DNA of 64,000 bases, from NCBI GenBank assembly GCA_964588985.1, contig CAZPQW010000015.1, positions 1-64,000 on the forward strand, read 5' to 3'. Numbering within the stretch: position 1 is the first letter of the stretch; each line of letters begins with the position of its first letter. This document shows, piece by piece, positions 57,034 through 64,000 of this stretch. Source of the stretch: an uncultured Solirubrobacteraceae bacterium. GTDB lineage: Bacteria > Actinomycetota > Thermoleophilia > Solirubrobacterales > Solirubrobacteraceae. The position numbers were made by a program, and so were the translations under genes. Below the pieces are notes generated by a model that worked only from the letters and a program-made list of their open reading frames with translations, was not told the origin of the DNA and made no database searches.

Positions 57034-58215
57034 TCAGAGGAACTCGGCCAGCCCGCTCGTGTCGAGGCCGGGAATCCCGGTGGCTCTGACCAGGCGCTCC
57101 GCGACCTTGCGCCAGGTGAACAGGCGCGAGTGCCGGCGCGCGAGCTCGCCCATCGCCCGCGCCGTCTCGGGGTCGGCGAGGGTCAGCATCGCCTCGATGA
57201 TGCGCTCGGGCTGGAGTGGGTCCACCACCAGCCCGCCAGGACCGATCATGGTGGCGGCCCCGCCGTCGGTGGTGCCCACGGAGGGGACGCCCGCACCGCC
57301 CGCCTCGACGTAGACGATCCCGGCCGGTTCGTGCAGTGAAGGCAGCACGAAGGCCGTGGCTTGGCTGTAGAGCTGAGCGAGGCGTTCGCGATCCGCGGGC
57401 ACTCCGAGCGACAGGTGTCCGTGGGCTGTCACGCCCTCCTGGTCGATGCGGGGATGGCCTCCGACGACGTCCAGGCGCGCGTCCGGGTGAAGCTCCCGGA
57501 CGCGCGCGAACGCCGCCAGCACCGCCGGCCCGTTCTTGCGCTCCCAGTCGCCTCCGACGAACAGGTAGCGGGGGTTGCTCCAGTCCCGCGGCGCCGGCTC
57601 GGGCCCCTCGTGGTTCTGGCCGAAGCCGACCGTGAACACCCGCTCGGGCGGGATCCCGTAGCTGCCGACGATGCTCTCGGCGACCCAGTGCGTGGCGCAG
57701 CAGCAGGCGACGGCCGATTCGTAGATCCTGCGCTGACGCGCGGCATAGCGCTCGATGTCCCGCTCGGAGAGGCCGCGGAGGTGCTCCCACGGATACGCCT
57801 GTACAGCCTGGAGCACGGTTGAGTCCTCGAGCGTCACGATCCGGTAGCGCGAAGGCAGGCGCATGTCGCTCCCCCGCTGCACGACCGCGTCCAGGTGCCC
57901 GGCGCGGGCGAGCCGGCGACGCATCAGCAGCGAGCGCGCGAGGATCGTGGGTCGTCCGAGCATCGCCGCGCCGTGAGCTCGCTTGGCGCTCGCGCGCAGG
58001 TCGGCGACGTCAGCCGGCCGCAGGCGCGCGGCGACGCTGCTCAGGTGCGCGAGCCTGCCGATGCGCGGCGGGAGCTCGCCGCTGATGGGGATCGCCTCCG
58101 CGACGACCTCCCCCATCGCGCGCAGCAGCCCGCCTGAGACTCCCGAATGGGCGACCTTGTCGGACGGGTCGATCCAGTCGGCCAGGCCGACCGACAGCGA
58201 GCTCGGCGAGCGCAT
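57034..58215 (-). CDS. Glycosyltransferase family 4
   Basis: LFVGGDWERKNG, FVLPSLHEPAGIVYVEA...GVP, FTW..VA. Confidence 0.9.
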   Translation of the reverse strand: MRSPSSLSVGLADWIDPSDKVAHSGVSGGLLRAMGEVVAEAIPISGELPPRIGRLAHLSSVAARLRPADVADLRASAKRAHGAAMLGRPTILARSLLMRRRLARAGHLDAVVQRGSDMRLPSRYRIVTLEDSTVLQAVQAYPWEHLRGLSERDIERYAARQRRIYESAVACCCATHWVAESIVGSYGIPPERVFTVGFGQNHEGPEPAPRDWSNPRYLFVGGDWERKNGPAVLAAFARVRELHPDARLDVVGGHPRIDQEGVTAHGHLSLGVPADRERLAQLYSQATAFVLPSLHEPAGIVYVEAGGAGVPSVGTTDGGAATMIGPGGLVVDPLQPERIIEAMLTLADPETARAMGELARRHSRLFTWRKVAERLVRATGIPGLDTSGLAEFL

Positions 58216-58252
58216 CCGCTCGCACGATAGTGCGACGCCACGGCGGGCTCTC

Positions 58253-60166
58253 CTATTCGGCCAGCACTTCCTCGGCGGCGGTCGTGTAGTGGCCCTTCGG
58301 CTGCAGGTTGTTCTGCAACACGCCGAAGTAGTAGAAGGGGCTCTGGCTGACGTTCACCGGCCGCTGATCGCGCAGCTGGTAGAAGATGAACAGGCCCATC
58401 CGACTTCCGAGCACATGGCGAATTTCACCCACGGTCCGGTGGAGCGTTTCGCCGGTTTCCTGGTAGTTCATGCACGGGTTCCAGCCGTAGTCTTCGGTGA
58501 CGCAGGTGGTGTTCTCGCCGGAGAGTCCCCACTCGGTCACGTCGATCGGAATCGTCGAGGACGCGCCGTGGGCGGCGCTCTGGCCGATCAAGGCTTCGAG
58601 CTTCGCGTGCCAGCTGGGTCCATAGAGGTGGGCGACCCAGCCTCCGACGTAGCTGCCGAGGTTCGGCACCGCGGCGAACATCCCGTTCATCCATTCGCCC
58701 GACGGGTCTTCTCCCACCGCCAGCAGGCCGACGTGCTCACCGGTCGCGTTGATCGCTTCGGCGGCTTCCTTCAGGCGGATGGCGTAGGTGCGGGCGCGAG
58801 CCGTGTAGGACGCGTCGCCCGGAGCGTCGCCGTACTGCCAGCCGGCGGAGGTCTCGTTACCGAACTCGATCGTCTGGATCGCCAGGTAGCCGTCGCTGCG
58901 GTGTGCCCAGAACGTCCCGCCCGGCCCGTAGGCGGTGGCCCAGCTGGCGAGGTTCCGCGCTTCGGCGGAGGAGGGCAGCGTGCCCTGGAACCCGGCCAGC
59001 GGCTCCACGCGAATTCCTTTTTCGGCGTAGCTGCGGATGAACTTTTCGATTTCGGGCGCCGCGGCGCCGAACGTGAACTCCACTCGCGCGACCTTTGCGC
59101 CGATGCTCGCGGCGGCGTTGGGTTCTTCGGGCAGGTTCCAACCGGCGTCGATGCCGGGCTGGAACACGGCGCTAGCCGGCGGTTCTTCTTTGGGCGCGGG
59201 CGGGGCCGCCGGATATGAGATGGCGACTTCGGTCGCCCATTCGCTGCCGTTGACAGCGGTTCGTACGCTGTAGTCGACGGTCTTCCCGGCGACGGGCGTC
59301 GGGGTGGTGGAGGTGCCGTTGACCACCGAGAAGCTTTCGGCCTGCCCCGGCACCTTGCTCACGAGCACGTACGTCGCGACCCCCGCGACGGTGTTCCAGC
59401 TCAGTGTCTGTCCCGAGACGGTGATCACCGGAGCCGCGCGAAAGTTGATGGCTTCGCTCGGCGGTTCCGAGGAGGGGGCCGGAGCTTCTTCCGACCCACC
59501 GGGCGCGGGGGGTTGGGGGGAAATCACGGGCGAGGGGTAGCTCACCTGCCGCCAGCCGGACCAGATGGACCCGTTGACTGCGGTGCGCACGCTGTAGCTG
59601 ACCGTGACGCCGGGCGCGGGGGGCGGCGTGGTCGAGGTGCCGTGCACGATCGAGTAGACGTTGGCCCGGCCGGATATCCGGCGGACGAGCACGTAGCTGG
59701 TGATCTGCTCGACTTTGGTCCAGGTCAGGCGATTCCCGCTGACCGACAGCAGCGGCGCCCGTCGTGGGCCGGCGTTGGAGGCCTTGCGTGCGCGTGTGCT
59801 CGAGCGGGCGACGAGCGCGAGGTGGCGCCTGGCGCGTGCGAGCGTGCGCCCCGCGCGCTGCACGGCGCCGCGCTTGGCGGCGCAACTGGCGGAATGGGGG
59901 CCGTTCTTGCGCAGGCACACATTGAGGGCTCTGGCGTCGGTGACGAGCACGTGATCCGCACGGACGCTGAGCGACGCCGCGGACCGAAGGGCGCGGGGGA
60001 CGACGGTTGCCGCGACGTTGCCGCGGTGAGAGGCGCGATGACGAGGGGCGGCCTGGCTGGCGGGGACCGTGATCAGGAGCACGCAGGCTGCCACCACGAT
60101 CGCGCGCAAAGTCGGCAGGCTCCACGCCGGGGAGATCTTGCGGTGGAGGAACATCTTGCTGCTCAC
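58253..60166 (-). CDS. Secreted multidomain protein: two FN3-like repeats + clan GH-A-like catalytic domain
   Basis: Signal peptide; two ~68-aa repeats ending YSVRTAVNGS.W; IEFGNET and IDVTEWG catalytic-like motifs; AHLYG. Confidence 0.8.
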   Translation of the reverse strand: MSSKMFLHRKISPAWSLPTLRAIVVAACVLLITVPASQAAPRHRASHRGNVAATVVPRALRSAASLSVRADHVLVTDARALNVCLRKNGPHSASCAAKRGAVQRAGRTLARARRHLALVARSSTRARKASNAGPRRAPLLSVSGNRLTWTKVEQITSYVLVRRISGRANVYSIVHGTSTTPPPAPGVTVSYSVRTAVNGSIWSGWRQVSYPSPVISPQPPAPGGSEEAPAPSSEPPSEAINFRAAPVITVSGQTLSWNTVAGVATYVLVSKVPGQAESFSVVNGTSTTPTPVAGKTVDYSVRTAVNGSEWATEVAISYPAAPPAPKEEPPASAVFQPGIDAGWNLPEEPNAAASIGAKVARVEFTFGAAAPEIEKFIRSYAEKGIRVEPLAGFQGTLPSSAEARNLASWATAYGPGGTFWAHRSDGYLAIQTIEFGNETSAGWQYGDAPGDASYTARARTYAIRLKEAAEAINATGEHVGLLAVGEDPSGEWMNGMFAAVPNLGSYVGGWVAHLYGPSWHAKLEALIGQSAAHGASSTIPIDVTEWGLSGENTTCVTEDYGWNPCMNYQETGETLHRTVGEIRHVLGSRMGLFIFYQLRDQRPVNVSQSPFYYFGVLQNNLQPKGHYTTAAEEVLAE

Positions 60167-60168
60167 GT

Positions 60169-60250
60169 CCTTTCGGTAGCTGGGCTGTCTCCGCTTGGGA
60201 GACCCCTGGCTTTGCGAGCCCGTCTCACGACGGGTGTGCCTTTATCGAGG
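60169..60250 (-). ncRNA. c-di-GMP-I (GEMM) riboswitch
   Basis: Minus strand reads CGAUAAAGGCACACCCGUC-GUGA-GACGGGCUCGCAAAGCCAGGGGUCUCC...GGAGACAGCCCAGCUACCGA: GNRA-capped P2, CGCAAAGC junction, P3 and the 3' ACCG, directly before AAAGGA-C-GUG. Confidence 0.88.
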
Positions 60251-60538
60251 GGTGGGGATGGGGCTTTGCCGGTCGCCTATTGCTCTCTCTGCAAAAGCCC
60301 CCGAGAGCTTTAGGCCTGCAAGAGATCTCTCGGATCGGGACCTCCGAGCAGTGAACATGCGTCAGGGTGTTGGACGGATGTCACCAGCCGCGAGCAGCTG
60401 CCCGCCCATGCGCCGAGGCGCACGGGCGTCGTATCCGGTTCAAGTGGATCTGGCGCGCCGACGATGAGGATCGGGTGAGCGCGGCCGCAGCTATTCTGTT
60501 GATGGAGATGACACCGGCAGATACGCCCGAGGAGCCCC

Positions 60539-62119
60539 ATGAGCTCGCTTGATCGAGTGAAGGCCGAGGATCACGGGGCGTCTCTGGCGAACGCGATGAG
60601 CGTCCTGCGTCGACGGTGGCTCGTCATCGCGGGCGTGCTGGTCGCGTGCATCGGTGTTTCCGCGCTGAAACACGAGCGGTCGTCCAAGTCCTACGAAGCC
60701 ACGGCGAGCGTGCGCTTCCAGAGCGGCACGCTCTCCGATTCCGCGCTGCAGGTCTCGACCTCGGGGGGTGGCGAACCACAGCGCGAAGCGGACACGGAAG
60801 TGCTCGTCGCCCACTCTCCCGAAGTCGCCCAGGGCGTGCGTCGGCAACTGCGCCTGCCGGAGTCGACCAATCAGCTGCTCGACGAAGTCAAAGTCGAAGC
60901 GGCCCAGAACGCGGACGTCCTCAACATCATCGCCTCGACGGGCAACGCCCGGCAGTCGGCGCTGCTTGCCAACGCGTTCGCCCGGCAGTACATCGCGTTC
61001 AGGGCGACGGCGCAGCTGGCGGGCGTCGAAACGGCCGAGAGCAAGCTCCAGCAGCAGCTGACCGAACTTCCGGCCGGTTCGGCCGAACGCCTGGCCGTGC
61101 AGCAGTCGGTGCAGAGGCTCAACTCGCTGCGGGCGGTCGCCGGAGGCGGAGCCAGCATCATCGGCCTGGCCAGCCCTCCGAGCACGCCTTCGGGCATGCG
61201 CCTGTCGACAGCGGTCATCGTCGGGCTGCTCGTCGGGCTCGCGATCTCCTTCTCGCTCGTGTTCCTGCTGGAATCCCTGGATCGGCGGATCAAGTCGATC
61301 GAGGAAGTCGAACGCGAGTACCGCCTCTCGGTGCTGACCGCGATCCCGCAGTCTGCGTTCAGCGCGCGTCTCGCCGTGGACCGGGGAGAGCTGCTCGAGC
61401 CTCACCGCATCCTGCGCAGCGCACTCGACTTCGCGGCGGTCAGCCACCAGCTCGACACCCTCCTGGTCACGAGCGCGATCTCGGGAGAGGGCAAGACGAC
61501 GGTCGCGGTCGACCTCGCGCACGCGATCGCCCTGACGGGACGTCACACCGTGCTGGTCGAGCTCGACCTGCGACGCCCGTCGTTCGCCAAGCACTTCGAT
61601 CTCGATCCCTCCCGCGGGCTCACCACGGTGCTCGTGGGCGCCGAGTCGCTGGAGGACGTGCTGGTCGAGCCGTTCCCGAACCTGCCCAACCTGTCGGTGC
61701 TTCCGGCGGGACGCCTGCCCCAGAACCCGTCAGAGCTGCTCAGCTCACCGCGTGTCAGCGACATCATCTCCGAGCTCGCGACCCCTGAGGGGATCGTCAT
61801 CATCGACGCCGCGCCGCTGAACCCGGTGGCCGACACACAGGTGCTGCTCCTGAACGAGACGATCCACGCGACGCTGATCGTCGCGCGCGTGGGCCAGACC
61901 ACGCGCGACGAGATCCGTCTCGCGCGGACCATCCTGGATCGGCAGATGATCACCCCCATCGGCGTGGTCACCACCGGCCTGCGCGACGCGCATCGCTACG
62001 GCTACGGAGCCTACGCGGGCGAGGCCCCGACGCTCGACGTGGACATCGCAAGGAAGGCTCCGGCCGTCAGGGAGGCACCCGTCGGCGGCCGGGTCAAGTC
62101 CGGCGGACTGCGCCGCTGA
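60539..62119 (+). CDS. Chain-length regulator / BY-kinase fusion (CpsC-CpsD/Wzc-like)
   Basis: LRRRW + TM, YEATA, second TM + LDRRIKS, Walker A TSAISGEGKTT, VELDLRRP, NPSELL, IIDAAP, Tyr cluster YGYGAY. Confidence 0.93.
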   Translation: MSSLDRVKAEDHGASLANAMSVLRRRWLVIAGVLVACIGVSALKHERSSKSYEATASVRFQSGTLSDSALQVSTSGGGEPQREADTEVLVAHSPEVAQGVRRQLRLPESTNQLLDEVKVEAAQNADVLNIIASTGNARQSALLANAFARQYIAFRATAQLAGVETAESKLQQQLTELPAGSAERLAVQQSVQRLNSLRAVAGGGASIIGLASPPSTPSGMRLSTAVIVGLLVGLAISFSLVFLLESLDRRIKSIEEVEREYRLSVLTAIPQSAFSARLAVDRGELLEPHRILRSALDFAAVSHQLDTLLVTSAISGEGKTTVAVDLAHAIALTGRHTVLVELDLRRPSFAKHFDLDPSRGLTTVLVGAESLEDVLVEPFPNLPNLSVLPAGRLPQNPSELLSSPRVSDIISELATPEGIVIIDAAPLNPVADTQVLLLNETIHATLIVARVGQTTRDEIRLARTILDRQMITPIGVVTTGLRDAHRYGYGAYAGEAPTLDVDIARKAPAVREAPVGGRVKSGGLRR

Positions 62120-62123
62120 GCGT

Positions 62124-63641
62124 GTGCCGATGCTCGCGCGACGGCTGTCACTGACGGCTCTCTCCCGCCGCGAGCTGCTCGCTGCCGCTCTGGCAAGCGG
62201 CGCCACGGCCCTGATCGCGTTCGCCGGCGCGCACAAGCTCGGCGTCGCGGGCCTGTTCGTGCCCGCGGCGATCGTGTGTGCGTTGATCCTGCTCGCTCGG
62301 CCGGTCGTGGCCGTGACGCTCGCCGTGGCGCTCGTGGTGATCTGCGAGGGTGGGACGTTCGGGATCCTGACCTTCACCGCGAAGCTCTACGAAATCACCT
62401 ACAAGGATCTGACGCTCGTCGATGGGGTGGTGGCGCTCGCGATCGTGTCTGTCGCTCTCGACCTGCTGCGCAGGCGGCGCACTCCGTATGTGCCACGCGG
62501 CCTGATGGTCCCGATGGTGATGCTCGCGCTGGGGATGATCGACGGCCTGGTCGTCGGGCATGCGGCGGGTGCGAGCCTGCGGTTCGCGGTGGCGTCGGAG
62601 CACGTCCTCGGCTACCTGCTGTTCCTGCCGATCGCGGTCTGCAATCTCGAGCTCGACCGCCGGCAGATCATGCGGCTGCTCGCTGGGATGCTCGTGCTCG
62701 CGGGGGTGAAGGCGCTGCTCGGCCTGATCGAGCTGGCGGCGCATCTCGGCTCGCCGATCGAAGGGGTCGCCGAACTGACCTACTACGAACCGACTGCCAA
62801 TTGGCTGATCATGATCGGCATGCTGACGGTGTTCGCCGCGCTGCTGGCGCGCGCCAAGCCACCGCTGTGGACGGTGGTGCTCGGACCGGTGCTTGTCGCG
62901 TGTCTGCTGCTCTCATACCGCCGTTCGTTCTGGATCGCCGCGGCGCTCGGCCTCCTGCTGGTGCTGCTGCTGGGGCTCTCGCCACACGGCCGCCGGCTGC
63001 TCGTGCCGACCGGCTTGGGCCTGGCGGTGGCGGTCTGGCTGCTGGGCTCGATCCACTTCCAGACCCAGGCGCCGATCATCAAACGGGCCGTCTCGCTCTC
63101 GCCGTCGAACCTGCAGGCGAACGCCGAGGATCGCTACCGGCTGAACGAGCGCGCCAACGTGATCGCCGAGATCCGTGCCCACCCGATCCAGGGGCTGGGC
63201 GTGACGATCCCGTGGGCCGCGACCGCGCAGACCCTGGCGGTGGAAGGCGAAGCGGGGGCGCTGGGGCGTCAGTACGTGCACTTCGCGGCCCTGTGGTTCT
63301 GGCTGAGACTCGGAATCCTCGGCCTGTTCGCGTACGTCGGGATGCTGCTGGGCAGCATGTGGGTCGCGTGGCGGGCGTGGCGTTCGAGCAGCGAGCCGAT
63401 GCTGCGCGCGTTTGCGCTCGCGTCGCTGTGCGGGATGGTCGGCCTGATGGCGATGGACACCACCGCCAGCTTCACGGGCATCGACGCGCGTTTCACGACC
63501 CTGTTCGCGGCTCAGATCGGGCTTCTGGCGCTGATCGCGAGGACAGCCGAGCCGCTGCCCAGCGGCGGTGAGGGCGAGGCGCCGGAGGAGCAGGCGCGCT
63601 GGCCCGTGCTCGTCGCGCCTATCGCTCCAGCAGCGCGCTGA
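62124..63641 (+). CDS. O-antigen ligase family protein, probable Wzy polymerase
   Basis: Multi-TM; LSYRRSFW, R..E......I..HPIQGLG, YVH...WFW.RLGILG; no TPR; directly after the Wzc-like gene. Confidence 0.8.
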   Translation: MPMLARRLSLTALSRRELLAAALASGATALIAFAGAHKLGVAGLFVPAAIVCALILLARPVVAVTLAVALVVICEGGTFGILTFTAKLYEITYKDLTLVDGVVALAIVSVALDLLRRRRTPYVPRGLMVPMVMLALGMIDGLVVGHAAGASLRFAVASEHVLGYLLFLPIAVCNLELDRRQIMRLLAGMLVLAGVKALLGLIELAAHLGSPIEGVAELTYYEPTANWLIMIGMLTVFAALLARAKPPLWTVVLGPVLVACLLLSYRRSFWIAAALGLLLVLLLGLSPHGRRLLVPTGLGLAVAVWLLGSIHFQTQAPIIKRAVSLSPSNLQANAEDRYRLNERANVIAEIRAHPIQGLGVTIPWAATAQTLAVEGEAGALGRQYVHFAALWFWLRLGILGLFAYVGMLLGSMWVAWRAWRSSSEPMLRAFALASLCGMVGLMAMDTTASFTGIDARFTTLFAAQIGLLALIARTAEPLPSGGEGEAPEEQARWPVLVAPIAPAAR

Positions 63642-64000
63642 GCGCCTCGACCGAGTAGTTGCGCTCGACCTGGGCCCGCCCGTGCAGGCCGAGCTCCGGG
63701 GCGCCGTCGCGCAGCACAAGTACGAGCGCGGCCGCGAACGCGGTGGCGTCCTGCGCGATCAGGCAGTCCTCCCCGTCGTGCAGCTCGAGCCCGGCCGCGG
63801 CGCGCGCGGTGGCGATCACAGGCAGTCCGTGCGCGAGCGCCTCGATGAACTTCAACGGAGTGCCGCCTCCCTGCAGCAGCGGGACGACCGCGCACGAGGC
63901 GCTCGCGTAGGCCGCGTGCAGGTCGTCGACGAAGCCGAGGGTCTCCACACGCGGATCATTGGAGGGCGGCTGCTCGAGGCCCGCGCCCACCAGCGCCAGC
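63619..64000 (-). CDS. Glycosyltransferase family 4 (C-terminal part; start outside window)
   Basis: LGFVDDL...YA....VVPL..GGGT.LK.IEALA.GLPVIAT. Confidence 0.88.
   Translation of the reverse strand, partial: LALVGAGLEQPPSNDPRVETLGFVDDLHAAYASASCAVVPLLQGGGTPLKFIEALAHGLPVIATARAAAGLELHDGEDCLIAQDATAFAAALVLVLRDGAPELGLHGRAQVERNYSVEALSALLER

Noticed and set aside
60367-60552. 61-aa ORF upstream of the Wzc-like gene
   Set aside because: TTG start, no motif or convincing RBS; probably promoter or leader DNA

Overview
High-GC DNA, most consistent with an actinobacterium (gene repertoire and style suggest Thermoleophilia/Solirubrobacterales; this is inference). Nearly the whole window is a large, mosaic surface-glycan locus. 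It holds about 15 glycosyltransferases, two priming sugar transferases, a TagA-type transferase, nucleotide-sugar enzymes, Wzx, a Wzc-like kinase, a PHP phosphatase, three O-antigen-ligase-family proteins and two secreted GH-A-type hydrolases. The most unusual parts are: (1) a carbamoyltransferase / LLM monooxygenase / DltA-like adenylation enzyme / carrier protein / GNAT cassette, likely making a modified aminoacyl decoration for the glycan; (2) two ligase-TPR genes, each next to a small membrane-anchored Ser/Thr/Gly-rich secreted protein, a possible protein O-glycosylation system; (3) a c-di-GMP-I riboswitch over the RBS of a secreted hydrolase; (4) AT-rich synonymous patches on conserved motifs, strongest in gmd; (5) an R2lox-like ferritin-SCP2 fusion with a divergent TetR; (6) an ECF sigma factor fused to a zinc anti-sigma domain and a TM helix; (7) two unannotated small ORFs and two candidate non-canonical starts. 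No rRNA, tRNA, CRISPR array or transposase was recognised. All calls come from motif recognition by eye, with no database searches.
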